From positions 186,001-250,000 of IMG/VR virus record IMGVR_UViG_3300009545_000018: a stretch of DNA of 64,000 nucleotides, one strand, 5' to 3'. The notes below the pieces were generated by a model. That model worked only from the letters and a program-made list of their open reading frames with translations, searched no databases and was not told the origin of the DNA. The position numbers were made by a program, and so were the translations under genes. Shown piece after piece: positions 10,200 through 20,233 of the stretch; the stretch's first letter is position 1; each line of letters opens with the position of its first letter.

Positions 10200-11160
10200 A
10201 ATTATATTAACAGTTGGGATACCAGCAAGCTCTAAAAGTACCTGGGCAAAAGCTGAGGTTGCTAAAGATCCAGAAGGAACCACTCGTATTAATCGAGATG
10301 ATTTAAGAAATATGATGTCTAACTATCACTTTTGTGATGCTAATGAAAAATTAGTGACAGAAGCCTCTGATGCTATACTACGTTCAGCTTTAAAGAAAGA
10401 TCGTAATATAATCTTGGATGAAACGAACCTTACGTCAAGAAACTTTGATAAGGTTTGTGATATTGTAAAGGAAATGAATATCCCTGCTATGGTGATGGAG
10501 AAAGCCTTTTATGTTGAACTAGAAGAGGCTTTACTCAGAAATTCTAAAAGAGAAGGGACCTCTAAGATTCCAGAAGATGTTATTCGTAAAATGTGGAGGA
10601 CTTCTGGTGGAAAACAACATAAATTTTATAAGCCTAAAGTTGAAGTATTTCAACCAGAAGATAAAAATGAAGTAATTTCAGCTCCATCCTACGATGTAAA
10701 TCTTCCAGATGCTATTATTTGTGATCTTGATGGTACTTGGGCATTATTCAATTCTATTGGTAAGAATGGCAAAGCTGTTATTAAACATCCTTCTGCTCAT
10801 TCTAGAAGTCCATATGATGCCTCTAAAGCTGACAAAGATGAAATTAATGAGCCCGTGCGCGACATTGTAGAAGCTTTTTATAATAAAGGCGTTAAAGTTA
10901 TATTTTGCTCGGGACGTGAAGATTGCTACCGTGTACAGACGGAGGCGCATATTAAAAAATATTCTAATATTAAATATGAATTATTTATGAGAACGACAGC
11001 TGATCAGCGTAAAGACTCTATCATTAAGAGTGAGTTATATGATAAATATATTAAGGGAAAATATAATATAAAATTTATTCTGGATGACCGGTCACAAGTG
11101 GTTTCTCTTTGGAGGTCCTTAGGGCTTACTTGCCTGCAAGTGGCGCCTGGCGACTTTTAA
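10192..11160 (+). CDS. pseT: T4-type polynucleotide 5'-kinase/3'-phosphatase
   Basis: GIPASSKST, RINRDDLR, ILDETN kinase motifs; DLDGT, SGRE, MR...D.RKDSIIKSELY, LDDR, LQVAPGDF phosphatase motifs. Confidence 0.92.
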   Translation: MIKIILTVGIPASSKSTWAKAEVAKDPEGTTRINRDDLRNMMSNYHFCDANEKLVTEASDAILRSALKKDRNIILDETNLTSRNFDKVCDIVKEMNIPAMVMEKAFYVELEEALLRNSKREGTSKIPEDVIRKMWRTSGGKQHKFYKPKVEVFQPEDKNEVISAPSYDVNLPDAIICDLDGTWALFNSIGKNGKAVIKHPSAHSRSPYDASKADKDEINEPVRDIVEAFYNKGVKVIFCSGREDCYRVQTEAHIKKYSNIKYELFMRTTADQRKDSIIKSELYDKYIKGKYNIKFILDDRSQVVSLWRSLGLTCLQVAPGDF

Positions 11161-11163
11161 TCA

Positions 11164-11673
11164 ATGTCACAGCAATTCATTATCTTCCATGATCCAGAAT
11201 ATGATTCAAATAATCAAGCCTATGGTTATTATATAACTGGCGTACTTCCCATTAACAAATTTATAGAAACTTGTCTGTTTGATACAAATGCACCTTATTC
11301 TAATCAAGGTTTTTATGTAGCTACTACAGAAAATAATAAAGTTTGTTATGAATGTATAATACAAAAAGATCCCCAAATATTAAATATTCTTAATTTTATT
11401 GTTACTGGCAATGATTATACGGCAAAAATAAAAAAGTTTGAATTGGGTATGGATGAGCTTAGGCGCATTACTCCAGTAGCTGATCCTTCTGCAAGAAGAT
11501 GCCCTATTTGTAAACAAAAGAAAGCATATAAACAATCTTTTGATGGTTATTATGGTTTTAAATGCAATGAGTGTCATATAGGTTATATTGGACCCGGACA
11601 ATTTTATTACAATGGTAAAATATATAATCCGATCCAAGCTGGGAAGATTTTCAAAATGAAGGCGTTTAAATAA
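11164..11673 (+). CDS. Hypothetical protein with Zn ribbon (CPIC...CNEC), ending KMKAFK
   Basis: Two CxxC pairs; C-terminal AF motif. Confidence 0.7.
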   Translation: MSQQFIIFHDPEYDSNNQAYGYYITGVLPINKFIETCLFDTNAPYSNQGFYVATTENNKVCYECIIQKDPQILNILNFIVTGNDYTAKIKKFELGMDELRRITPVADPSARRCPICKQKKAYKQSFDGYYGFKCNECHIGYIGPGQFYYNGKIYNPIQAGKIFKMKAFK

Positions 11674-12909
11674 ATGAAGCTTTTAGTTCAAGAATTCTTA
11701 GAGACAAACTCTTTTTACGATCTACAAATTAAGCATGGTGTTTATGCTACATTTTCTAAATCAGGACATAAATTCTCTTTAAACTATGATCAAATTGAGG
11801 CTAAAGAGAACGATCCATTAGCTCAAGAGTGTAGAGGACTAATCTTGTCTACTGGAAAAATTTTAATCGGAACCATTGATGAAAATGGTAAACCTAATAG
11901 AGCAAATTTAATTCCTGGAGTTACTTCTATAGTTGCTTTTCCTATGAAAAGATTTTTTAATCATGGACAGGGATCTGCTGCCCAAATAGATTGGTCAGAT
12001 CCCAATTTACAGGTTTTGGAAAAGCTTGATGGGACTTTATGCATTTTATATCATGATGTATATTTAGATGAATGGTGTGTTGCTACTCGTTCGGTGCCTG
12101 ATGCTGATATTATGTTAGATAATAATCTTTATACATTTAGGACTTTATTTGAAAAAGCATTAAAAGAAACTTCAGATTTGTCTTTTCAACACTATTGTAT
12201 GAAACTAAATCCGACCTCAACTTATTGCTTTGAATTAACTACTCCTCTAAATAGAATTGTAGTTAAATATGAAGATTATCGTCTTACATTACTCTCAATT
12301 AGAGACAACGTATATGATTTAAAAGAAAACCCTATCTCTAATTCTGTCTGCAATTCATTGTTTGGAGTCCCATCTGTACAGTCTTATTCTTTATCTGATA
12401 TAAATAAAATTGTTGATTGGGTCTCTTCTTTAAATCCCTTGGAACATGAAGGTGTAGTTGTTTTAGACTCTAATTTTAATAGAATAAAAGTTAAAAATGC
12501 TAATTATGTAGCTTTCAATAAAGCAAGAGATATATTAGGTTCATCTGAAAGAAATTGTTTAGAATTAATTCTTTCTGAAAAAGATGATGATGTAATGGCA
12601 TCATTACCACAAGAAATTGTAGATAATCTTTTAAAAATTAAATCTAATGTTGTTAAAATGTTTAAGGACTATGATTTACAATATCAAAATCTTTTACTTG
12701 AAAGTAATGCAATTAATGTTGGAGATAAGAAAACTTTTGCTATTACTTTACAATCCAAAAAAGATTTATGGCAAACTCCTTTCTTTCATATGTATGCTGG
12801 TAAGAGCAAAAATATGAAAGATTTTATTGCAAAATCAAGAAAAGAAGGGACTTGGACTAATAGTTTATTGGATAATATTTTAGATATTTCTAAAAAATAT
12901 AGTGAGTAA
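11674..12909 (+). CDS. RNA ligase 1 (T4 Rnl1-like)
   Basis: QECRGLI, FPMKRFFN, motif I EKLDGT, CFELTTP, EGVVV, RIKVK; adjacent to PNK. Confidence 0.88.
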   Translation: MKLLVQEFLETNSFYDLQIKHGVYATFSKSGHKFSLNYDQIEAKENDPLAQECRGLILSTGKILIGTIDENGKPNRANLIPGVTSIVAFPMKRFFNHGQGSAAQIDWSDPNLQVLEKLDGTLCILYHDVYLDEWCVATRSVPDADIMLDNNLYTFRTLFEKALKETSDLSFQHYCMKLNPTSTYCFELTTPLNRIVVKYEDYRLTLLSIRDNVYDLKENPISNSVCNSLFGVPSVQSYSLSDINKIVDWVSSLNPLEHEGVVVLDSNFNRIKVKNANYVAFNKARDILGSSERNCLELILSEKDDDVMASLPQEIVDNLLKIKSNVVKMFKDYDLQYQNLLLESNAINVGDKKTFAITLQSKKDLWQTPFFHMYAGKSKNMKDFIAKSRKEGTWTNSLLDNILDISKKYSE

Positions 12910-12956
12910 TCATAATATTATAGTGCATTGAATTACAATAATGATATATAATATGT

Positions 12957-13697
12957 ATGAACAAACTTTTGTTTGAAAGTGATTTTAGCTCAGACTCTTT
13001 AAGATGGATTAAAATTAGAGAAGAGAAAAAATTAAATAATTTTTCTAATAAAGAATCCTTTGATGATTTAAAGGTTACGATTTTAGAGCATCTACAAGAA
13101 GAAATTATAATGGCTAAGGATACTGCATTAGCGTATTTTTTTGCTTGTGACTTTTTATATAAAATATATAAAATGCAAAAAGTGATTTTAGATAATGGAG
13201 ACGCAAAATATGCTTTTTTATTTGCTCAAAACATTAAACATTGTGATGTAAAAGCATTACAAAATTTAGTTTTAAGTTCAAAAAAAACCAAGTATATTTG
13301 TAAATTTGCTTGTTTTGTTAAGAATGCAGATTTACTTTCTTTAGAAAAAGTAATTTTAAAATCTAAAAATGTTAAATATGCTCATATGTATTTAAAACAT
13401 GTGAAAAATGCGAATGTTGCTAAGTTTAAAAAAATAATTTTTAATTCAAAAAAACCCAGATATTTATATGAATTAGCTAGGCATTTAAAGGATCCAAAAG
13501 AAATATCTAAAATTGAAGATTTAATTATTGAATCCAAATCTTTTACTTACATGAGATTATTTGCAGAAAAAATAAAAACAGCTAATGTTGATAAAATAGA
13601 GACGGCAGTATTACAATTAGATAATACTTTAGAAATTCAAAAATTTGCCAAATATGTAAAGAAATCTAAAATGAAAAAATTCTTAATTGTTAGTTAA
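12957..13697 (+). CDS. Alpha-helical tandem-repeat protein (about 28-aa repeats)
   Basis: At least five repeats of the form xKYxxxFAxxvKxAdvxxlexxilxSKx. Confidence 0.75.
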   Translation: MNKLLFESDFSSDSLRWIKIREEKKLNNFSNKESFDDLKVTILEHLQEEIIMAKDTALAYFFACDFLYKIYKMQKVILDNGDAKYAFLFAQNIKHCDVKALQNLVLSSKKTKYICKFACFVKNADLLSLEKVILKSKNVKYAHMYLKHVKNANVAKFKKIIFNSKKPRYLYELARHLKDPKEISKIEDLIIESKSFTYMRLFAEKIKTANVDKIETAVLQLDNTLEIQKFAKYVKKSKMKKFLIVS

Positions 13698-14257
13698 TGA
13701 CAATCATATTTTTTACAGAAATTTTCAATATCGGTTTCTGTAATTTTATCGGCACCCATATCTATTATAGGGTACATTAAAGTATCAGGTTCATCTGTGT
13801 GTTCTAATCCAACTAAATGACCTAATTCATGTTCTACGACAACCTGATAATTATTCATGGTCATTCTAGTGGGCACTAATTTAATATATGGAATCATTCC
13901 ATAATTTTTACAAAACCCCAAAATACTAGGTCTACCTGATGTGATATCTAAAGCAATAATTTCTGGATCAATAGAATCTACTTTAAGAATTAAAATTCCT
14001 TTTTGAAGATCTACCTCTCTTTTTGTAGGTAAATTTATAATGGTAAATTTAACTTTACCATGAGTAGCTTCTTGCCAATCAAGAGCCGCATTAGAAATCA
14101 TTTTTATTTCTTGTTCATTAAATTTAAAATCTAAATATAAAATTGAATTAAATTCAGTTGGTTGTGTATATAATTCTTTATGTTGAATTAAAATAAATAC
14201 TTCTTTACAAAATATCGCCAAAATAATAATTAATAATATCTTATAGAAAATTTTCAA
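13694..14257 (-). CDS. Membrane-anchored metzincin (matrixin-like) Zn protease
   Basis: HELGHLVGLEH zinc motif, LMYP Met-turn, N-terminal hydrophobic segment. Confidence 0.88.
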   Translation of the reverse strand: MKIFYKILLIIILAIFCKEVFILIQHKELYTQPTEFNSILYLDFKFNEQEIKMISNAALDWQEATHGKVKFTIINLPTKREVDLQKGILILKVDSIDPEIIALDITSGRPSILGFCKNYGMIPYIKLVPTRMTMNNYQVVVEHELGHLVGLEHTDEPDTLMYPIIDMGADKITETDIENFCKKYDCH

Positions 14258-15023
14258 ATTTATCCTTCTTTCGTTTTAAAAAGAAAAATGCGTTATCATA
14301 AAGGTAGTGATATATTTTATCAATCTCTATTTGCTTATATAAGCAAATAACATATCCCTTTCCTTGATTTCTTAATTTTACATTAATATTATTATTTAAT
14401 AGTATTTTGTAAATTTCTTTTATAAATAACTCTGATCCTGAATATAAACTCCAAGATTTATTTTTCTTACCAATATACATACAGCCATCACCATCAAATA
14501 CTCCCCTAATAAAATCTTTGTGAAACTCTTTATTTATTAGTGGAAATTGTAAAATTAAACTTTTCTTAGGTACACAACCTAAATTTGATAAATCTTGACA
14601 CAACTTCCTACTACTAAATCGCACTTTACAATATTTATCATTTTTAATAACTTTAATTTTTTGGTTTGATTTTAATTCTTTTTTTAATTCTTCTAAATGA
14701 TTTAAATCTTTAACTGATAATTCAAATATTAATTCATCAGAGCTATTATAACAGTCTGCCATACAAAATCCCAACCAATATGCCTTATTAGCATTATCAA
14801 TTATTTCAAAATAATCTTCGTTCAAATCGAATTTTTTTGTTGCAAATTTACTACAAGCCAATGAACAGTATTTTCCTTGACCCCTTTTTTCATAAGCTAA
14901 ATTTTTTAAATAAAATGGATTCTTACATTTTAGGCAATATCGTAATCGTATATTTTTATTACACTCTTGTGAACAATATTTATTCAAATTTTTATGAAAA
15001 ATTCCACAATAACACTGCCTCAT
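14241..15023 (-). CDS. Free-standing LAGLIDADG homing endonuclease with N-terminal Cys-rich domain
   Basis: AYWLGFCMADC and FIRGVFDGDG motifs; N-terminal CxC/CSxxC clusters. Confidence 0.88.
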   Translation of the reverse strand: MRQCYCGIFHKNLNKYCSQECNKNIRLRYCLKCKNPFYLKNLAYEKRGQGKYCSLACSKFATKKFDLNEDYFEIIDNANKAYWLGFCMADCYNSSDELIFELSVKDLNHLEELKKELKSNQKIKVIKNDKYCKVRFSSRKLCQDLSNLGCVPKKSLILQFPLINKEFHKDFIRGVFDGDGCMYIGKKNKSWSLYSGSELFIKEIYKILLNNNINVKLRNQGKGYVICLYKQIEIDKIYHYLYDNAFFFLKRKKDKFENFL

Positions 15024-15064
15024 ATCACTGATATATAAATATTAGTAGAACACTACATTTAATT

Positions 15065-15712
15065 ATGAAATACCCACGAACTTATCATTTAACATTTTCA
15101 CCCGGCTGTACAAATGATGATAAAAAATTAGAAAAAAATGATTATTTTTTAAATACAAATCTTATTGTATCTGAAAAATTAGATGGTAGTAATTTGTGTT
15201 TTACAAAAAATGATTGTTTTGCAAGAAGCCATGGATCATCTCCAAAACACAAATCTTTTGACTTAGCAAAATCATATCATTCACAAATTGGATCTCAAAT
15301 ACCTGACAATTTATTTATATTTATGGAATATACTTTTGCAAAACACTCTATTTATTACAATAGCTTAGATAGTTATTTTCATGTTTTTGCTATATATAAT
15401 GAATTAACTAATAACTGGTTATCGTGGGAAGATGTAAAAAACATTTCAGTAAACTTAGGATTAATAACTGTCCCTGTGTTGTATGAAGGCAAGCTTTCTA
15501 CAGAAAAATCTTTAATAGAATTAAGTAGCAATTTTATGAGACAAAAGTCAGTGTATGGTCAAGAAATAGAGGGATTAGTATTTTCTACTACTAATGAGTT
15601 CTCTAATGATGATTTTTGGAAAAATAAAGCAAAAATAGTTAGAGCTAATCATGTTCAAACTTCTGAACATTGGAAAGACCAGGTAATCATTAAGAATAAA
15701 TTGCTTTCCTAA
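15065..15712 (+). CDS. Second ATP-dependent RNA ligase (short Rnl2/PF09414-like)
   Basis: KYPRTYHL, SEKLDGSN, FHVFAI, EGLV, KAKIVRANHVQ. Confidence 0.85.
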   Translation: MKYPRTYHLTFSPGCTNDDKKLEKNDYFLNTNLIVSEKLDGSNLCFTKNDCFARSHGSSPKHKSFDLAKSYHSQIGSQIPDNLFIFMEYTFAKHSIYYNSLDSYFHVFAIYNELTNNWLSWEDVKNISVNLGLITVPVLYEGKLSTEKSLIELSSNFMRQKSVYGQEIEGLVFSTTNEFSNDDFWKNKAKIVRANHVQTSEHWKDQVIIKNKLLS

Positions 15713-15787
15713 ACCATTTGCTTATTATAAATAATTTTCATGTGAATATCCAGATATTGCGTAGAGGGGAAACAAAAGGAAATTACA

Positions 15788-16027
15788 ATGAGGCGTTTTC
15801 ATTTCGAAAGAATAAAAGACGTAAGTGGTACGAGTGGTTGTGGAAATGTAGCTGATGGTGTGTTATTTGACGATGGACAGGTAGTTGTTCATTGGTTAGG
15901 TTGCCATTCTAGCATAAATGTATATCATTCATTGGAAGATGTAGAGTGGATACATGGTCATCAAGGTAGTACTAGAATAGTATTTGATGATCCAGAAAAG
16001 AGTTTAGATAAAGGTAATGAAAGTTAA
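15788..16027 (+). CDS. Conserved phage hypothetical protein
   Basis: RRFHFER.KDVSG.SGCG.VADGV.FDDG.VVVHW pattern. Confidence 0.75.
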   Translation: MRRFHFERIKDVSGTSGCGNVADGVLFDDGQVVVHWLGCHSSINVYHSLEDVEWIHGHQGSTRIVFDDPEKSLDKGNES

Positions 16028-16080
16028 ATTTTTAATAATTAAAAAAATAACGTTAAAATTACAAATAAATGTAAAGTATT

Positions 16081-16803
16081 GTGATGAATAATACAGAATA
16101 TCGTACTATCATTATTGGTGATATTCATGGTTGTTTAACAGAGTTTAATAATCTTTTAGATAAATTAAATTACAATCCCAATACAGATAGGGTTATTTTA
16201 TTGGGAGATCTAATTGATCGAGGACCCGACTCTATTGGTGTACTTAGAACAGCCAGACAATTGAATTTAGAATGTGTTATGGGCAACCATGAACATAAAT
16301 TCTTAAAATGGTATAAGTCTTTTGGTACTAAAGTTAATTTTTATGATGAAAAAGATTATTATAAACAATTAACGCAAGAAGATATTGATTATATTTTCAA
16401 AATGCCGAGCTATATACAAGTTAATAATTTTATTATTGTACATGCAGGCGTAAAGCCAAATTTATCTATTGATAAACAAAGTAAAGACGACTTGTTATAT
16501 TTAAGGTATACTGATAAAAATAGAAAATTTATCTCATTAAAGAAAGTTTTTACTTTAGGCAAAGAAGCAACTGATGCCCATTTTTGGACAGAATTTTGGA
16601 AAGGTCCGGAATCAATTGTATATGGTCACAATGTAAATTCTTTAGAAACTCCTTTAATTGAAGAAGTTTTACCTGGAATTTTTTGTTATGGAATCGATAC
16701 AGGCTGTTGTTTTGGTGGTAAATTAACTGCTTTTATTTTAGAAACAAAAGAAATTATACAAATTAAATCTGAAAAAATATATTATCAGAGTGGTTTTAGT
16801 TGA
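16081..16803 (+). CDS. Calcineurin-like metallophosphoesterase (ApaH/PrpE-like)
   Basis: GDIHG, GDLIDRG, GNHE, VHAG, YGH, GIDTGC. Confidence 0.92.
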   Translation: MMNNTEYRTIIIGDIHGCLTEFNNLLDKLNYNPNTDRVILLGDLIDRGPDSIGVLRTARQLNLECVMGNHEHKFLKWYKSFGTKVNFYDEKDYYKQLTQEDIDYIFKMPSYIQVNNFIIVHAGVKPNLSIDKQSKDDLLYLRYTDKNRKFISLKKVFTLGKEATDAHFWTEFWKGPESIVYGHNVNSLETPLIEEVLPGIFCYGIDTGCCFGGKLTAFILETKEIIQIKSEKIYYQSGFS

Positions 16804-16809
16804 GGTTAA

Positions 16810-17328
16810 ATGAAAGTAAGCAAATCATTAAAAGATATTAGTGAGTATTTGAAGCAAATAGAATATATTACAGAAAAAGTAAATTTTATAAAAAAAGAAA
16901 TTCCTGATATTAAAGTAAAACTTTATACAAATTGTATTTCTTTTTATCCTAGATTTGTGGCTGAATCTGTTAATCAAAATTATACTGGATTAGATTTTCA
17001 TAAACGTTATGATACATTATCAGTAAGCCCATATCAAACAGTTGATTTTTCTTTTAACAATAAAATTGAAAAAGTAAAAATACATTCTAATCCAGGAACA
17101 AGTAGATTGGTGTATATTACTCGTAGATATGATAATAAATCTGGCATTATGTTATATCAGTTAAATTTTTCAAAGATGACAATTAATTTTGAAAGAAATC
17201 AATTTAACAATTCGATGTTAAATAATTGTCGATTAGAAATTTTAAGTTTTATGAATAAACATTCAAATATTACAGTAAACACTAAGCATTTGGATCCTAA
17301 ATTAAAAAACTTAATGGCATTTACATAA
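16810..17328 (+). CDS. Hypothetical protein ending LKNLMAFT
   Basis: GAGG SD; C-terminal AF motif. Confidence 0.7.
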   Translation: MKVSKSLKDISEYLKQIEYITEKVNFIKKEIPDIKVKLYTNCISFYPRFVAESVNQNYTGLDFHKRYDTLSVSPYQTVDFSFNNKIEKVKIHSNPGTSRLVYITRRYDNKSGIMLYQLNFSKMTINFERNQFNNSMLNNCRLEILSFMNKHSNITVNTKHLDPKLKNLMAFT

Positions 17329-17336
17329 AGGATAAT

Positions 17337-17498
17337 ATGATTTTTTTGGTTTGTAAATTGTGTAATGGTGAATGTAATATTATAGCTAATGAAAGGGCTA
17401 TACATAAAAAGATTAAATGTAATAAATGTGGTTTCTCTAATGTTATAGAAAGAAAAGAGCCAGAAATTGTGATTATAAAAAAGAGAGTTATTACATGA
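17337..17498 (+). CDS. Small Zn-ribbon protein (53 aa, absent from ORF track)
   Basis: AAGGA SD; MIFLVCKLCNGEC...IKCNKCGFSN; its TGA overlaps the next ATG. Confidence 0.65.
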   Translation: MIFLVCKLCNGECNIIANERAIHKKIKCNKCGFSNVIERKEPEIVIIKKRVIT

Positions 17499-18277
17499 AA
17501 TATTTAACTTTAGGTTCTTGTTTAAAACAAGAAGAATCTTATATGGTAGATTTTGTTAAATTGCATCGTCATCTTGGGGTTGAAAAATTTGTATTTTTTG
17601 ATAGAGAATATTCTCCACTTACAAAACTTTTAGGTAATGAACCTGATATTGAAATTATTCATTTTCCTGATATTCCACAAAATATTCATGCTGAAGGATG
17701 GGCGCAGCTAATTAAGTATAATCAAGGTAAAACTAAATGGTTAGCTTTGATTGATGCAGACCAAGTTTTAGTTCCAGTCAAAAAAAATGATATTAAAGAA
17801 GTTCTTAAAGATTATGAATCTTACGCTAGTTTACAATGCAACTGGCATACCTTTGGCTCTTCTGGAAGAATAGAAAAAGGTGAGGGATCTGTATATGAAA
17901 GATTTTTAATGAGAGCTAAAAGCCAAGAAGGAGTTAATAATCATACTCAATTTATCTGTCAACCAGATAGAACCTTGGCAGTAAGGACACATGACCCTCA
18001 TCATCCTAGGTTGGCTCAACATGAAGTATCTGTTAATACAAATCATGTTATGATTAATAATAGTCCTTTTAATATACCCCCGCTTCATGACTCGATGTAT
18101 GTAGCTCATTATATTAGCAAATCAAAAGAAGAATGGGCTATCAAAAATGCTAAAGGCAGGGCAGATATTTTTGGCGATAAAATGCCTTTTGATTTATTTG
18201 ATAAGCATGATGAATTTTGCAATGTTGAAAAAGAAGATCGTGTCTTAGATCTTTGGAAAGCAGCTAATAATATCTAA
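17495..18277 (+). CDS. Glycosyltransferase (GT92/GT2-like)
   Basis: LHRHLGVEKFVFFD, WLALIDADQVLVP (DxD), LQCNWHTFGSSG, AHYISKSKEE. Confidence 0.8.
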   Translation: MKYLTLGSCLKQEESYMVDFVKLHRHLGVEKFVFFDREYSPLTKLLGNEPDIEIIHFPDIPQNIHAEGWAQLIKYNQGKTKWLALIDADQVLVPVKKNDIKEVLKDYESYASLQCNWHTFGSSGRIEKGEGSVYERFLMRAKSQEGVNNHTQFICQPDRTLAVRTHDPHHPRLAQHEVSVNTNHVMINNSPFNIPPLHDSMYVAHYISKSKEEWAIKNAKGRADIFGDKMPFDLFDKHDEFCNVEKEDRVLDLWKAANNI

Positions 18278-18317
18278 TATAATTAGGGGGACATATTTCT
18301 TCCCTTAAGGATAATAT

Positions 18318-18776
18318 ATGATTTATATTGCTCATAGGGCAAATTGCAATGGACCCAATCCATCTAAAGAAAATCACCCAGATTATATTAAAGAAGCATT
18401 AAAAAATGGTTATCATGCTGAAATTGATGTTTGGTTTGTTGGAAATCAATTTATTTTAGGACATGATTCTCCACAATATGAAGTTGATAGATCATTTTTA
18501 TCTAACAATAAAATTTGGGTTCATGCTAAAAATATCGAAACCTTACATATGCTTGCTTCTTTAGGTAATTTAATACATTATTTCTTTCATAATACAGATG
18601 ATGCCACTATAACATCTAAAGGGTGGCTTTGGACTTATCCTGGTAAGTTAGTGGGACATGCTAAAAGTATAGTTGTAATGCCAGAGAGAAATAAAATTCA
18701 ACCAAGCAATTTATATTTTTCTGGTGGTATTTGTACAGATTTTCCAGAAAAATATAAGAATTTAAATCATAAATAA
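18318..18776 (+). CDS. PI-PLC/GDPD-like phosphodiesterase
   Basis: IAHRAN, EIDVW, LGHD, VHAKN, GICTDF. Confidence 0.75.
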   Translation: MIYIAHRANCNGPNPSKENHPDYIKEALKNGYHAEIDVWFVGNQFILGHDSPQYEVDRSFLSNNKIWVHAKNIETLHMLASLGNLIHYFFHNTDDATITSKGWLWTYPGKLVGHAKSIVVMPERNKIQPSNLYFSGGICTDFPEKYKNLNHK

Positions 18777-18826
18777 TTTACTCATTTAAATTGATAAGAA
18801 TATTGTCATATTAAGTATGAGGAAAC

Positions 18827-20218
18827 ATGATTAAAGGTTTGTTTTTCGATTATGATGGAACTCTTTGTCACTTAGTAGAAGCTCACTATGTGTCATTAAA
18901 TCAAGCTATTATTGAATTAGCGGGTGAAAAATTTATAATTTCAAAAGAAGAGCAAGATAAAATATTTAATGGCTTATCTACTAAAACCAAATTAAAAATG
19001 TTGGTTGAAAAAAAGAACTTGCCATCAGAACTAATTGAAGAGATTAATAATTTAAAACAAAAATATACAATTGATTTTATTGAAAATAATATTTTTGAAA
19101 ATATAAATCTAAAACAAGATTTAGAAAGATTAAAATCAGAAGGATATTTAATATATTGTGTGTCAAATGCAATGTATCAAACCGTAGAACTCGGTTTAAA
19201 AAAACTTGGCATATATAACGTTTTTGATCACATTATTGGTAATGATAATATTAAAAGACAAAAACCAGCACCCGATATTTATTTACAAAGCTTTTTACAT
19301 GCATCTTTAGATCCTAAAGAGTGTTTAATCATTGAAGATAGTGGGCATGGTAGGGAGGCAGCCCAGCGTTCAGGAGCTTATGTTTGTACAGTGGATTCTG
19401 AACAAGATACTACTTATGATCATATTAAAAATACTATTAATAAAATAACGCCTAAAAATAAAAAATGGATTGATAATAAATTAACTATTGTATTACCAAT
19501 GGCTGGATTAGGTTCTAGATTTAGTATTATGGGTTTTACATTACCTAAACCATTAATTAATGTTAATGGTAAGCCTATGATACAAACCGTTGTAGAAAAT
19601 CTAAATACTGAGGCTCAATATGTTTTTATTGTTCAAAAGGCTCATTATGAACAATATAATTTAGGTTACTTATTACCATTAATTGCAAAAAATTGTAAAA
19701 TAGTTCAATTGGATGGTTTAACAGAAGGTGCAGCTTGTTCAGTTTTAAAAGGTAAAGAATTTATAGATAATGATAATCATTTATTTATTATTAATTCTGA
19801 TCAATTTTTAAATTGGAATAGTTTTGATTTTTTTAATAAAATGTTAACATCAAAAGCTGATGGTGGCATTTTAACTTTTAAAAAAGAAAATGATCCTAAA
19901 TGGAGTTATGTTAAATTAAATGAAGATAATTGTATAATACAAGTTAAAGAAAAGCAACCAATAAGTAATATGGCAACTATTGGTGGATATTATTTTAATA
20001 AAGGAAGTGATTTTGTTGAGGCGGCTGAAAAAATGATTGAAAATAATGATAGAACTAATAATGAATTTTATGTTGCACCAGTTTACAATTATTTAATTGA
20101 TCAAAATAAAATAGTTATTCCTTATGAAATTCCTACTGATGCTTTTTGGGGATTAGGCACACCAGAAGATTATAATATATTTTTAAATATGATTAATGAG
20201 AGAAAGCTTATAATTTAA
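18827..20218 (+). CDS. HAD phosphatase fused to GT-A nucleotidyltransferase
   Basis: DYDGT, KPAPDIY, IEDS; then PMAGLGSRF, LPKPLI, TEGAACSV, NSDQ, EFYVAPVYN, LGTPED. Confidence 0.85.
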   Translation: MIKGLFFDYDGTLCHLVEAHYVSLNQAIIELAGEKFIISKEEQDKIFNGLSTKTKLKMLVEKKNLPSELIEEINNLKQKYTIDFIENNIFENINLKQDLERLKSEGYLIYCVSNAMYQTVELGLKKLGIYNVFDHIIGNDNIKRQKPAPDIYLQSFLHASLDPKECLIIEDSGHGREAAQRSGAYVCTVDSEQDTTYDHIKNTINKITPKNKKWIDNKLTIVLPMAGLGSRFSIMGFTLPKPLINVNGKPMIQTVVENLNTEAQYVFIVQKAHYEQYNLGYLLPLIAKNCKIVQLDGLTEGAACSVLKGKEFIDNDNHLFIINSDQFLNWNSFDFFNKMLTSKADGGILTFKKENDPKWSYVKLNEDNCIIQVKEKQPISNMATIGGYYFNKGSDFVEAAEKMIENNDRTNNEFYVAPVYNYLIDQNKIVIPYEIPTDAFWGLGTPEDYNIFLNMINERKLII

Positions 20219-20233
20219 ATAATTTGGTGTTAA

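Noticed and set aside
14241-15023. Group I intron or intein hosting the LAGLIDADG ORF
   Set aside because: Neighbouring genes are complete and differ in function; no splice junction or intein termini are evident.
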